In this document: positions 48,335 to 57,741 of the stretch, in pieces | Layout of the letters: every line of letters begins with the position of its first letter | How positions within the stretch are numbered: position 1 is the stretch's first letter | Origin: Dehalococcoidia bacterium | GTDB lineage: Bacteria > Chloroflexota > Dehalococcoidia > Bin125 | Reading direction: 5' to 3' | Assembly: GCA_963662615.2 (NCBI GenBank) | Contig: CAXXSR010000001.1 | Location: 832,001 to 896,000, forward strand | DNA length: 64,000 bases | Made by a program: the position numbers and the translations under genes | The notes under the pieces: generated by a model | The model's database searches: none | What the model saw: the letters and a program-made list of their open reading frames with translations, nothing else | What the model was told of the DNA's origin: nothing

Positions 48335-50187
48335 CGTCGGCCTCCGTGACGTCGGCTTCCGTGGCGGCGGCCGATGCGCGAAGGACGGGGGCAGCGCCGG
48401 CGCCGATCCGGGCGCTGCCGGCGGCGGTGGCGGCGCAGATCGCCGCCGGGGAGGTGATCGAGCGGCCCGCCTCGGTGGTGAAGGAGCTGCTGGAGAACGC
48501 CTGCGACGCCGGCGCGGGGCGCATTGAGGTGGTGGTGGAGGGGGCGGGGCTGGAGCGGATCACGGTGCGCGACGACGGCTGCGGCATCCCCGCCGCGGAG
48601 CTGCCGCTGGCCTTCGCCCGCCACGCCACCTCCAAGCTGCGGACGCCGGCGGATCTGGAGCGGCTGCGCAGCTACGGCTTTCGCGGCGAGGCGCTGCCCA
48701 GCATCGCCGCGGCGGCGGCGGCGGTGGACTGTCTCAGCCGCGTCGCCGGCGCCGCCATGGGCGCGCGCCTCTCCGTCCAGGGCGGCCGGGTGGCAGCGCC
48801 GGTGCGGGCGGGGGCGGCGCCGGGCACCACGGTGGAGGTGCGCGGCCTCTTCGGCCGCCAGCCGGCCCGGCGCGCCTTCCTGGCGCCGGCGCGGAGCGAG
48901 CGCGCCGCCATCGCCCGCGTCTGCAGCGACGCCGCCCTGGCCCGGCCGGGGACGGCGCTGCGATTGCAGATCGACGGGCGCACGCTGCTGCAGAGCGACG
49001 GCGGCGGCGACCTTCGCGCCGCCTTCGCGGCGCTGTGGGGGCCGGCGCTGGGCGCGGCCGCCGTCGCCTTCGGCGGCGAGCGCGCGCCGGCGGGGGCAGG
49101 GGAGGGCGGCGCCCTGCTGCGGGTGGCGGGGCTGGCGGCGCCGCCATCGCACTCGCGGGGGCGGCGTGGGGGCGTGCGTCTCTTCGTCAACGGCCGCCCG
49201 GTCGTCTCGCGGCGGCTGGGCTACGCGGTGGAGGGGGCCTACGCCGAGCTGCTGCCGCGCGGCCGCTACCCGCTGGCGGCCGTGTTCCTGGAGGCACCGG
49301 GGGATCGGGTCGACGTCAACGTGCACCCGGCCAAGGCCAGCGTGCGCCTGCGCGATGAGGACGCCGCCTTCGGGCTGATCCAGCGGACGCTGCGGGCCGC
49401 CCTGCTGGCGGCGCTGGGGCCGGAGGCGGCACTCTCGGCGGCGGCAGTGCTCTCGGCGGCGGCAGTGCCGGCGTCGATGCTGGCAGCGCCGGCACGGGCC
49501 TCGCCGCTGCTGTCGCCGCCGGCCGGCAGCGTCAGGGCGGGCGCGAACGCCGGCCTCGAGGCCCCTGGTGGCGAGGCCGCTGGTCGCGATGGCACAGTGG
49601 GGGCGCTGCCGCTCCTGCGCCCGTTGGGGCAGCTGCGCGGCACCTTCATCGTCGCGGAGGGGCCGGAAGGGATGGTGCTGATCGATCAGCACGCCGCCCA
49701 CGAGCGGGTGCTCTACGAGCGGCTGCTGGGGCGCGCGCCGGAGCCGGAGCAGCAGGCGCTGCTGGAGCCGCCGCTGCTGGAGCTGACGCCGACGCAGGCG
49801 GCGGCGCTGGCATCGCACGAAGGGGAGCTGGCGGCGCTGGGCTTCGCGGTCGAGCCGTTCGGCGACCGCGCCCTGCGTCTGCGCGCCCTGCCGGCCTGTC
49901 TGGGCGGCGGGGCTGGGGGGCGCGAGCGCGAGGCGCGCTCGACGCTGGCGGCGATCCTCGACGACCTGGCGGGAGCGGAGCGGCTGCCGGCCGGGAACGA
50001 CCCCGTCGCCGCAGTCACCGCCTGCCACGCCGCCGTGCGGGCGGGCGATACGCTGGCGATGGAGGAGATGCGGGCGCTGCTGGAGGAGCTGGAGCGTTGC
50101 CGGCTGCCGGGCACCTGCCCCCACGGCCGCCCCACGCTCATCGAGTTCGCCGCCGCCGATCTCTTGCGCAAGTTTGGCCGACGCTGA
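48331..50187 (+). CDS. mutL: DNA mismatch repair endonuclease MutL
   Basis: IAAGEVIERP.SVVKEL.EN..DAG, DDGCGI, HATSK, GFRGEAL, DVNVHP.K, DQHAAHER, CPHGRP. Confidence 0.96.
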   Translation: MTSASVTSASVAAADARRTGAAPAPIRALPAAVAAQIAAGEVIERPASVVKELLENACDAGAGRIEVVVEGAGLERITVRDDGCGIPAAELPLAFARHATSKLRTPADLERLRSYGFRGEALPSIAAAAAAVDCLSRVAGAAMGARLSVQGGRVAAPVRAGAAPGTTVEVRGLFGRQPARRAFLAPARSERAAIARVCSDAALARPGTALRLQIDGRTLLQSDGGGDLRAAFAALWGPALGAAAVAFGGERAPAGAGEGGALLRVAGLAAPPSHSRGRRGGVRLFVNGRPVVSRRLGYAVEGAYAELLPRGRYPLAAVFLEAPGDRVDVNVHPAKASVRLRDEDAAFGLIQRTLRAALLAALGPEAALSAAAVLSAAAVPASMLAAPARASPLLSPPAGSVRAGANAGLEAPGGEAAGRDGTVGALPLLRPLGQLRGTFIVAEGPEGMVLIDQHAAHERVLYERLLGRAPEPEQQALLEPPLLELTPTQAAALASHEGELAALGFAVEPFGDRALRLRALPACLGGGAGGREREARSTLAAILDDLAGAERLPAGNDPVAAVTACHAAVRAGDTLAMEEMRALLEELERCRLPGTCPHGRPTLIEFAAADLLRKFGRR

Positions 50188-50415
50188 GCCTGGGGAGCGA
50201 CCGCGGCCTTGCAGACGGCGAGGAGACCCACAGCCGCCTCGCGATGCCATAAGAGAAGTTCGGCCGTCGCTGAGGCGCGCCGGCGGGCGCGGCTGGGCGC
50301 TTGGGGAGAGCGCGATCGGGCAGAGCGTGGGCGCGCGCCGATACGCTCCATCGCTCCAACGGGGGCTTGCATTGGCCCAGCGCCGTTGGCGATGCTGCAG
50401 GCCGGAGCGGAGGGG

Positions 50416-52047
50416 ATGCGAGCCGTGAGCGAGGCCGGGGTCGCGTCCGACCCCCTGACGCCGCTGCTGCTGCTGGAGCGGACGCTGCGCGTCTTCCCCG
50501 ACAAGGAGGCGGTGGCCTACGGCGAGGAGCGGCTGAGTTGGCGCGACTTCGCCACGCTGGTGGGCCGCTTCGCGGCGGCGCTGCGGCGCGACGGCGTCGG
50601 CCGCGGCGAGCGCGTGGCGGTGCTGCTGCCCAACCTGCCCCTGCACCTGGCCGCCACCTTCGCGGTGCCGCTGGCGGGGGCGGCGCTGGTGGCGATCAAC
50701 ACGCGGCTGGCGGCGGAGGAGGTGGGCCACATCCTGCGGCACAGCGGGGCGCGGCTGCTGTTGGTCGATCCCGAGCTGGCGCCGCGGGTCCCGCTGCGGG
50801 AGCTGCCGGATCTTGAGGTCGTCAACGTGCTGGACCGCGTCGCCGGGCTGACGATGCCGTGGCTGACAGTGCCGGGGCTGCCGGGGCCGAGCTTCGAGGA
50901 GTGGAGCGACGGCGTGGAGCCGCTGCCCGTCGCTAACACCGTCGAGGACGAGGGCGAGCTGCTGGCGATCAACTACACCTCCGGCACCACCGGGCGCCCG
51001 CGCGGGGTGATGTACACGCACCGCGGGGCCTACCTCAACGCGCTGGGGCAGATCGGCGCGCTGGGGCTGGGCCCATCGACGGCGTTCCTGTGGACGCTAC
51101 CGATGTTCCACTGCAACGGCTGGTGCCTGACCTGGGCGGTTACCGGCGCCGGCGGCCGTCACGTCTGCCTGCGGGCGCCGCGGCCGGCCGAGGTCCTGCG
51201 CCTGATCGCGTCGGAGGCGGTGACCAACTTCGCCGGTGCGCCGACGCTGCTGCGGATGATCGCGGCCGAGCCGGAGGGCGCCGGCGTGCGCTTCGAGCCG
51301 CCGGTGACGGTCTGCACGGGGGGGGCGCCGCCCTCGCCCACCGACATCGAGAGCATGGAGCGGCTGGGCGTGCGCGTACAGCACCTCTACGGCCTGACCG
51401 AGACCTACGGCCCCCACGTGGGCTGCGAGCCGCAGGCCGGCTGGCCCGACCTGCCCGCGGCCGAGCGCGCCCGCCTCAGCGCCCGCCAGGGCGTGCCGCT
51501 CCTCCACGCCGTACACCTGCGCGTGGTCGAGGCGGCGTCGATGGCGGACGTGCCCGCCGACGGCGCCACCATGGGCGAGGTGGTGATGCGGGGCAATAAC
51601 GTCATGGCCGGCTACTTCAACGACCCCGAGGCGACGGCGGAGGCGTTTCGCGGCGGCTGGTTCCACTCCGGCGACCTGGCCGTGATGCACCCCGACGGCT
51701 CCATTGAGCTGCGCGATCGCAGCAAGGACGTGATCATCAGCGGCGGCGAGAACATCTCCTCGATCGAGGTCGAGAACGTGCTCTACCGCCACCCCGCCGT
51801 ACAGGAGGTGGCGGTGGTGGGGGCGCCGGACGAGAAGTGGGGCGAGGCGCCGGTGGCGTTCGTGGCGCTGAAGCCCGGGGCGGAGGCGACGGCGGAGGAG
51901 ATCATCGCGTTCGCGCGCGAGCGGCTGAGCCGTTTCAAGTGCCCGCAGCGGGTCACGTTCGGCGAGCTGCCCAAGACCAGCACCGGCAAGATCCAGAAGT
52001 TCAAGCTGCGCGAGCGCGAGTGGGCCGGCCGGGAGCGGCGGGTGTGA
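50416..52047 (+). CDS. Acyl-CoA synthetase (AMP-forming, ttLC-FACS/AAE-like)
   Basis: YTSGTTGRPRG, PMFHCNGW, YGLTE, GWFHSGD, DR.KD.IISGGENI, PKTSTGKIQK. Confidence 0.94.
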   Translation: MRAVSEAGVASDPLTPLLLLERTLRVFPDKEAVAYGEERLSWRDFATLVGRFAAALRRDGVGRGERVAVLLPNLPLHLAATFAVPLAGAALVAINTRLAAEEVGHILRHSGARLLLVDPELAPRVPLRELPDLEVVNVLDRVAGLTMPWLTVPGLPGPSFEEWSDGVEPLPVANTVEDEGELLAINYTSGTTGRPRGVMYTHRGAYLNALGQIGALGLGPSTAFLWTLPMFHCNGWCLTWAVTGAGGRHVCLRAPRPAEVLRLIASEAVTNFAGAPTLLRMIAAEPEGAGVRFEPPVTVCTGGAPPSPTDIESMERLGVRVQHLYGLTETYGPHVGCEPQAGWPDLPAAERARLSARQGVPLLHAVHLRVVEAASMADVPADGATMGEVVMRGNNVMAGYFNDPEATAEAFRGGWFHSGDLAVMHPDGSIELRDRSKDVIISGGENISSIEVENVLYRHPAVQEVAVVGAPDEKWGEAPVAFVALKPGAEATAEEIIAFARERLSRFKCPQRVTFGELPKTSTGKIQKFKLREREWAGRERRV

Positions 52048-52126
52048 GCGACGCGATCAAGCGGCCGTTCAAGCGGGGTAGCGAAGTTTCCGCCCGTGTC
52101 TGGCATTGTTGTCGCGGTCAGCGACG

Positions 52127-52822
52127 CTACCCGTCCGCGAAGAGGCGGAAGCCGTAGTCGTTGTAGCGGCGGTCGGGGTCGAGGCTGGAGCGGGCGCTGA
52201 CGCGGCTGAACTTGAGGGAGTGGCGCCAGCTGCCGCCGCGGCTGGCGCGGCGCACGCCGCCGGCCGGGCCGGGCGGATCGTTCAGCGCTGAAGCGGCGTA
52301 GTAGGCGGGGTCGTACCAGTCGCTGCACCACTCGTGGACGTTGTCGGCCAGGCAGAGGAGGCCGTAGCCGTTGGCGCAGGGCGACGCCGGCCGGTGGGGA
52401 CGATCGAGCCTGGCGATGTCGGGGGCGCGCTCATGGGGCGGGGTCGCGCCCCAGGGCCAGTCGGCGCCCTCCAGGCTGCCGCGCGTCGCGAACTCGCGCT
52501 CGGCCTCGGTGGGGAGGCGGAAGGGGACGCCGGTGCGGGCGGCCAGCCAGCGGCAATAGGCCAGCGCCTCGTGCCAGTTCACGCCCACGACGGGAACTTC
52601 CGGATCGCTGAAGCGGGCGTCATCGAGGAAGGGCGGCGGCGCCCTTTCGCCGGCGGGGCCGCTCTCGGCGACGTAGCGGAGGTAGTCGGTGACGCTGACG
52701 GGCCGGACGGCGGCGCGGAACGGCGCGAGGCGGACGCGATGGCGCGGTCGCTCGTCGGGGCGGCCGGCGTCGTCGCCCATGAGGAAGTCGCCGCCGGGGA
52801 GGTCGATCAGATCGGGGGTCAT
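52127..52822 (-). CDS. FGE-sulfatase (SUMF1/EgtB/PvdO) domain protein
   Basis: F.MG, E.P.H.V, PVV.V.W..A..YC.W, RLPTEAE.E, N.YGL, NV.EW..DWY, RGGSW, GFR. Confidence 0.9.
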   Translation of the reverse strand: MTPDLIDLPGGDFLMGDDAGRPDERPRHRVRLAPFRAAVRPVSVTDYLRYVAESGPAGERAPPPFLDDARFSDPEVPVVGVNWHEALAYCRWLAARTGVPFRLPTEAEREFATRGSLEGADWPWGATPPHERAPDIARLDRPHRPASPCANGYGLLCLADNVHEWCSDWYDPAYYAASALNDPPGPAGGVRRASRGGSWRHSLKFSRVSARSSLDPDRRYNDYGFRLFADG

Positions 52823-52846
52823 GCCGCCTCGCTATCGGTTGTCGCG

Positions 52847-52905
52847 CCGGTTCGCCCTTCGACAAGCTCCTTCCTAGGACAGAAGGACAGGTCAGGACGA
52901 ACGGG
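52847..52905. repeat. REP-like palindrome with nested TCCTTC..GAAGGACAGGTC module
   Basis: GTTCGCCCTTCGACAAGCTC-CTTCCTAGGACAGAAGGACAGGTC-AGGACGAACGGG; same family as 16749-17028. Confidence 0.85.
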
Positions 52906-53005
52906 CACGGCGCGGCGATTCTATCGCGCTTCCGGCCGGCGCTCGCCGATGTGAGCGGGAGGCCGGTAGACTCCGCGCGATCGACGAGCACAGAGGAGGG
53001 CGGGC

Positions 53006-53902
53006 ATGCGAGGCATCGCGACGATCGATTGCATGGTGGGGCTGGCGCGGCCGGGGGCGGAGCTGAGCGTGGCGCAGGCGAGCCGGCGGGCGTCGCTGCC
53101 GCACATGATCGCCGAGGGCTGGCTGCGCGACGCCGAGAGCGCCGCCTCCGACCATCCGGCCGGGCACTTCTTCAAGGGGGTGAGCGAGCGCATCCAGGGC
53201 ACCAGCGTGGAGGAGCTGGTGACGCTGATGGACGAGGTCGGGATTGAACGCGGCCTCGTGGAGTGCGACCTGGACGAGCCGCGGCCGGTCTTGGACGTCG
53301 TCGCCAGGCACCCGAGCCGCTTCTTCGTCACTGTGGCCGTGAATCCGTTCTTGGGCATGCCCGAGTTGCGCAAGCTGGAGGCGCTGGTGCGGAGCGAGAG
53401 CGCCGTGAAGGCCTGCACGGTGACGGGCTTTCGCATCCAGCGCCCCTACAACGACAAGATCTACTGGCCGCTGTACGCGAAGTGCGTGGAGCTGGACCTG
53501 CCGGTGATCTGCTACGTGGGCTTGCCGGGGCCGCGCGTGCCGGGCGACGTGCAGAACCCGATGCACCTGGATGAGGTGCTGTGGTTCTTCCCCGAGCTGA
53601 AGGTGGTGATGCGGCACGGGGGCGAGCCCTGGCAGTTCGAGTGCGTGAAGCTGATGCTGAAGTGGCCCAACCTCTACTACTCCACGTCGGGGTTCGCGCC
53701 CAAGCACTATCCCAAAGAGGTGATGTACTTCGCCAACACGCGGGGGTCGCGGCAGGTGATGTACGCGGGCTACTGGCCGGGCCTGGACCTGCGCCGCATC
53801 GCCAACGAGATCGAGACGGAGCTGGATCTGCGCGACGGTGTCTGGCCGCTTTTCTTGCGGGAGAATGCGATGCGCATCTTCAAGCTGGACGGGGCGGGCT
53901 AA
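53006..53902 (+). CDS. Amidohydrolase-2 family protein
   Basis: Y.P.YAKC.ELDLP, FPELKVV..HGG.PW, PNLY..TS...P, VMY...WP; GAGGAGG RBS. Confidence 0.88.
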   Translation: MRGIATIDCMVGLARPGAELSVAQASRRASLPHMIAEGWLRDAESAASDHPAGHFFKGVSERIQGTSVEELVTLMDEVGIERGLVECDLDEPRPVLDVVARHPSRFFVTVAVNPFLGMPELRKLEALVRSESAVKACTVTGFRIQRPYNDKIYWPLYAKCVELDLPVICYVGLPGPRVPGDVQNPMHLDEVLWFFPELKVVMRHGGEPWQFECVKLMLKWPNLYYSTSGFAPKHYPKEVMYFANTRGSRQVMYAGYWPGLDLRRIANEIETELDLRDGVWPLFLRENAMRIFKLDGAG

Positions 53903-55128
53903 GAGATCGGCGTGTCGGGGCCGACGGCCTCCAGGACGTCGCGGACACGGGCGACGAAGGCCGCCGCGGTGGCCCCGTCCAGGGCGCGATGGTCGAAGGA
54001 GAGGCAGAGGTTCATCATTGAGCGCACGGCGATGGCGTCGTGCTCCAGGACGCGGGGCCGCTTGACGATCGCTTCGGTGGTGAGGATGGCGACCTGGGGC
54101 GAGTTGATGATGGGCGCCGAGGCGACGGCGCCGAAGGAGCCGGTATTGTCGATGGTGAAGGTGCCGCCCTGCACGTCGTCCAGCCTGAGCCGCTTGTGCC
54201 GCGCCCGCTCCGCCAGGTCGGCGATGGCGACGGCCAGCGCGGCGACGTTGAGGCGGTCGGCGTGCTTGATCACGGGGACGAGCAGCCCGGCCTCCGTGTC
54301 CACGGCGACTCCCAGGTTGACGGCGCCGCGCTGCACGAGGTCGTCGCCGGCCCAGGTGGCGTTGAGGATGGGGAAGTCGCGCAGGGCCTGGGCCGCGGCC
54401 TGGGCGGCGAAGGCGAGGTAGCTGATGTCGGCGCCCTGGCGGCGGCGGAAGTCGTCCTTGTGGCGCCGGCGCAAGCGGACCAGCTCGGTGACGTCGGCCT
54501 CCATCAGCAGCCAGGCGTGGGGGGCGCTGCGCACGCTTTCCAGCATGTGCTGGGCGATGCGGCGTCGGGTGGGGGTGAAGGCGACGACGGTGTCGGCCTC
54601 CACCGTTGTCTCTTCGACCCTTCGACTGGGCTCAGGACGAGCGGGTAGCTGCTGGACGGCGGCGAGGACGTCCTTGCGGGTGACGCGGCCGGCGGCGCCG
54701 CTGCCGGTCAGGGTGGCGGGATCGATGCCGTGCTCGGCGGCCAGGCGCGCGACGGCGGGGGAGAAGCGCCGTCCGGGGCGGGTCGGGGTCGGGGGCGTTC
54801 GCCCTTCGATCCTTCCGCTCCCTGCGGTCGCAGAAGGACCTGCGGCGGGCTCCTTCCCTGGAGGGAAGGACAGGTCAGGACGAACGGGAGGTACCGCGCC
54901 GTCGATCTCGGCCAGCGGCGTCCCCACCGGCACCGTCTCGCCCTCGGGGACGAGGACGGCGCCGAGCGTGCCCGCGTAGGGCGAGGGGATCTCGACGTCG
55001 ACCTTTTCGGTCTCGACCTCGACCAGGGGCTCGTCCAACGCGACCGCGTCGCCGGGCTGTTTGAGCCACTTGATGATGGTGCCCTCGGTGACGCTCTCGC
55101 CGAGCTGGGGCATGGTCAGCGTGGCCAT
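53899..55128 (-). CDS. 2-oxoacid dehydrogenase E2 dihydrolipoamide acyltransferase
   Basis: MPQLGESVTEG, lipoyl ETEKV, E3/E1-binding SPAV.RLA.EHGID...G.G..GRVTRKD, catalytic DHR.LDG. Confidence 0.96.
   Translation of the reverse strand: MATLTMPQLGESVTEGTIIKWLKQPGDAVALDEPLVEVETEKVDVEIPSPYAGTLGAVLVPEGETVPVGTPLAEIDGAVPPVRPDLSFPPGKEPAAGPSATAGSGRIEGRTPPTPTRPGRRFSPAVARLAAEHGIDPATLTGSGAAGRVTRKDVLAAVQQLPARPEPSRRVEETTVEADTVVAFTPTRRRIAQHMLESVRSAPHAWLLMEADVTELVRLRRRHKDDFRRRQGADISYLAFAAQAAAQALRDFPILNATWAGDDLVQRGAVNLGVAVDTEAGLLVPVIKHADRLNVAALAVAIADLAERARHKRLRLDDVQGGTFTIDNTGSFGAVASAPIINSPQVAILTTEAIVKRPRVLEHDAIAVRSMMNLCLSFDHRALDGATAAAFVARVRDVLEAVGPDTPIS
54618..54645. repeat. REP-like palindrome inside E2 coding sequence (linker 2)
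   Basis: CCCTTCGACTGGGCTCAGGACGAGCGGG, translated on minus strand as PARPEPSRRV. Confidence 0.8.
54796..54888. repeat. Composite REP-like palindrome inside E2 coding sequence (linker 1)
   Basis: CGTTCGCCCTTCGA...GCTCCTTCCCTGGAGGGAAGGACAGGTCAGGACGAACGGG, translated as PVRPDLSFPPGKEP...GRIEGRT. Confidence 0.85.
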
Positions 55129-55178
55129 GGGCTGCGGCTCCCTCCCCCTTGCCGGTCTCCTTCGCGGACGGGCCGGCG

Positions 55179-56159
55179 CTAGTAGGCCGCCAGTTCGCGG
55201 GCGGCGGCGGCGATGCGCGCGGCGTTGGGCATGAAGGCCTCCTCCAGGGCGTGGTGGTAGCCCATGGCGGGCACGTCGGGGCCGGCGACGCGGACGATGG
55301 GGCCGTCGAGGTGGGCGAAGGCGCCTTCGGCGATCAGCGCCGCCACCTCGCCGCCGATGCCGCCGGTGAGGTGATCCTCGTGCACGATGACGACCTTGCC
55401 GGTGCCGCGGGCCGCGTCCAGGATCGCTTCCCGGTCCAGGGGCGCCACCGTGCGCAGGTCGAGCACGCGGCAGTCGATGCCGTCTTCGGCGAGCTGCTCG
55501 GCGGCGGCGAGGCTTTCGTGCAGCATCAAGCCGTAGCTGATGATCGCGACGTCGTCGCCGTCTCGCCGCAGCGTGGCCTCGCCGATGCGGGCAGGGGGCA
55601 GGTCGTCGGGGACCTCGTCGCGGATGAAGCGGTAGGTGCGCTTGTGCTCCAGGAAGATGACGGGGTCGGGGTCGGCGATGGCGGCGAGGAGGAGCGCCTT
55701 GGCGTCGGCGGGGGTGGCGGGCATGACGACCTTGAGCCCGGGGACGTGGGCGAAGAGCGCCTCCAGACTCTGCGAGTGGGAGAGGCCGCCGTGGACGCCG
55801 CCGCCGTAGGGCGCGCGCACGACCAGCGGCACCGGCCAGGCGCCGGCGCTGCGCCAGCACATCTTGGCCGCCTCCGAGATGAGCTGGTTCACGGCGGGCA
55901 GGATGAAGTCAACGAACTGGATCTCGACCACGGGGCGGAGGCCGCCGAGGGCCGCGCCGATGCCGGCGCCGACGAAGCCGGACTCGGCCAAGGGGGTGTC
56001 GAAGACGCGCTGGGGGCCGAACTCGTCGAGGAGTCCTTGGGTGACGCGGAAGACGCCGCCGACTTCCACGTCCTCGCCCAGGACGATGACGCGGTCGTCG
56101 GCCTGCATGGCCTCGCGCAGGGCGCTGCCGATCGCTTCGGCGACGGTCATGGTGGTCAC
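55179..56159 (-). CDS. 2-oxoacid dehydrogenase E1 beta subunit
   Basis: GEDV..GGVFRVT, DTPLAE, EIQF.DF, HSQS.E, DPV.F.EHK, DLRT..PLD. Confidence 0.96.
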   Translation of the reverse strand: MTTMTVAEAIGSALREAMQADDRVIVLGEDVEVGGVFRVTQGLLDEFGPQRVFDTPLAESGFVGAGIGAALGGLRPVVEIQFVDFILPAVNQLISEAAKMCWRSAGAWPVPLVVRAPYGGGVHGGLSHSQSLEALFAHVPGLKVVMPATPADAKALLLAAIADPDPVIFLEHKRTYRFIRDEVPDDLPPARIGEATLRRDGDDVAIISYGLMLHESLAAAEQLAEDGIDCRVLDLRTVAPLDREAILDAARGTGKVVIVHEDHLTGGIGGEVAALIAEGAFAHLDGPIVRVAGPDVPAMGYHHALEEAFMPNAARIAAAARELAAY

Positions 56160-57388
56160 GGGGCGCCGCCGAAGAGGTGATCGAGCAGGGTGGCGGGGTC
56201 GGGGTCGGGGGCGGCGGCGGCGCGCGCCTCGGCCGCGCGCACCTCCTCGTCCGCCTCGGTCGAGAGCTGGTCGGCATGCTCGTCGGAGAGGATGCCGTCG
56301 TCGAGGAGATTGCGGCGGAAGCGGTCGATGGGGTCGCGCTGAATCCAGAGCTCCAGCTCCTCGCGGGTGCGGTAGCGGCGGTCGTCGTCGTCGGAGGAGT
56401 GGGGCGTGGTGCGATAGGTCTTGGCCTCGATCAGCGTGGGCCCGCCGCCCATGCGCGCCTCCTGCACGGCCTGCTGCATGGTGCGGTAGACGAGGAGGAG
56501 GTCGTTGCCGTCGACGACGACGCCGTTGACGCCGTAGCCGGCGGCGCGGTCGGCCACATCGCGGATCACCATCTCTTTCTCCTGGGCCTCGGTGATGGCG
56601 TAGCCGTTGTTCTCGACGACGACGATCAGCGGCAGGCGCTGGACGGCGGCGAAGTTGAGCCCTTCGTGGAAATCGCCCTGGGAGGTGCCGCCTTCGCCGA
56701 TGTAGACGGCGGCGACGCTGTCCTCGCCGCGCAGCTTGGCGGCCCAGGCGAGCCCGGCGGCGATGGGCACTTGCGTGCCCACGACGCTGGACTGGGAGGG
56801 GATGCGCAGCTCCTTGGAGCTCCAGTGGGCGGGCATCTGGCGGCCGGCGCTGTTGGGGTTGGTGGCCTTGGCGAAGACGTCGAGCATGAGGTCGTCGACG
56901 GTCATGCCCATCGTCAGGACCACGCCGATGTCGCGGTAATAGGGCATCACCCAGTCCTTGCCCGGCGTCAGAGCCGCGGCCGTCCCCACCTGCGTGGCCT
57001 CATGGCCCTGACCGCTGATCACGAAGGGGGCGCGGCCCTGGCGGTTCAGCGTGAACCAGCGCTCGCCCACCTTGCGGGCCAGCAGCATGAGGTGCCAGAG
57101 CTCCACCAGCGCCTCGCTGGAGAGACCGAAGTGGGGATGGGTCTCGCCGCCGCGGCCGGCTGCGCGGCCAGTTGTGCGCTTGCCCCTTGCTTGTGCGCTC
57201 TTCTTGGGCGGTTTGGCGGGCGCCTTCGGCACCGTCTTCCGCACCGTCTTCGGCGATGCCTTCCCTGCCGTGGAGCGGGTCCCGCTGCGCGCCGATGCCG
57301 ACTGCGCCGAAGTCGACCGCGAAGAAGCCGACCGCGAAGAAGCCGACCGCGAAGAAGCCGACCGCGAAGAAGCCGACCGCGCCGCCAT
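56156..57388 (-). CDS. 2-oxoacid dehydrogenase E1 alpha subunit (branched-chain type likely)
   Basis: RQGR..F..SGQGHEA, PYYRD, GRQMPAH, TPP motif GEGGTSQGDFHEGLN...NN, HSSDDD..YR; low-complexity basic N-terminus. Confidence 0.95.
   Translation of the reverse strand: MAARSASSRSASSRSASSRSASSRSTSAQSASARSGTRSTAGKASPKTVRKTVPKAPAKPPKKSAQARGKRTTGRAAGRGGETHPHFGLSSEALVELWHLMLLARKVGERWFTLNRQGRAPFVISGQGHEATQVGTAAALTPGKDWVMPYYRDIGVVLTMGMTVDDLMLDVFAKATNPNSAGRQMPAHWSSKELRIPSQSSVVGTQVPIAAGLAWAAKLRGEDSVAAVYIGEGGTSQGDFHEGLNFAAVQRLPLIVVVENNGYAITEAQEKEMVIRDVADRAAGYGVNGVVVDGNDLLLVYRTMQQAVQEARMGGGPTLIEAKTYRTTPHSSDDDDRRYRTREELELWIQRDPIDRFRRNLLDDGILSDEHADQLSTEADEEVRAAEARAAAAPDPDPATLLDHLFGGAP
57315..57380. repeat. 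Perfect 15-bp tandem repeat x4 (GACCGCGAAGAAGCC) just after E1 alpha start
   Basis: Encodes (RSASS)4 on minus strand. Confidence 0.93.
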
Positions 57389-57416
57389 GCCTCTCCGCCT
57401 TTCCTGCCCGCCCAGC

Positions 57417-57572
57417 CTACGCCGACTTCAGGGCGCGGGGGCGGAGCTGGGGCCGCGAGGCCGCCGGCGCCGCTGGGGCGACCGTCTCGCTTAGGCTGGG
57501 CTGCGGCTGCACGGCGGTGAACTCGCCCCAACCGCCGATGACGAGCGAGTCGAACTGCGCCAGGCTTTTCAT
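57417..57572 (-). pseudogene. Possible relic of dihydrolipoamide dehydrogenase (E3) 5' end
   Basis: Short frame MKSLAQFDSLVIGGWG... resembles the FAD-binding start (F/Y)D.xVIGGG of E3, located directly upstream of E1 alpha. Confidence 0.4.
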
Positions 57573-57741
57573 GATACCGGGCGATCTCGGGCGGGCAGGG
57601 GGCCCGGCGCAACTGCCCGGGGCGCGCGGCCGGCGGGGACACCCGGCATGCGCGCGGGCACGAGCGCGAGCGCCTGCTCTATCCTCTGCGCGCCGCACGG
57701 CGGGCGGTGACCGCGCGGCTCCTAGTGAGGGGGGAGGGATC

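Noticed and set aside
44990-50187. mutS/mutL as pseudogenes because of extreme GC and inserts
   Set aside because: Frames are uninterrupted and mismatch-binding, ATPase and endonuclease motifs are intact
52127-52822. True formylglycine-generating enzyme
   Set aside because: The catalytic Cys pair after RGGS is absent (RGGSWRHSLKFSRVSAR); only the domain family is supported
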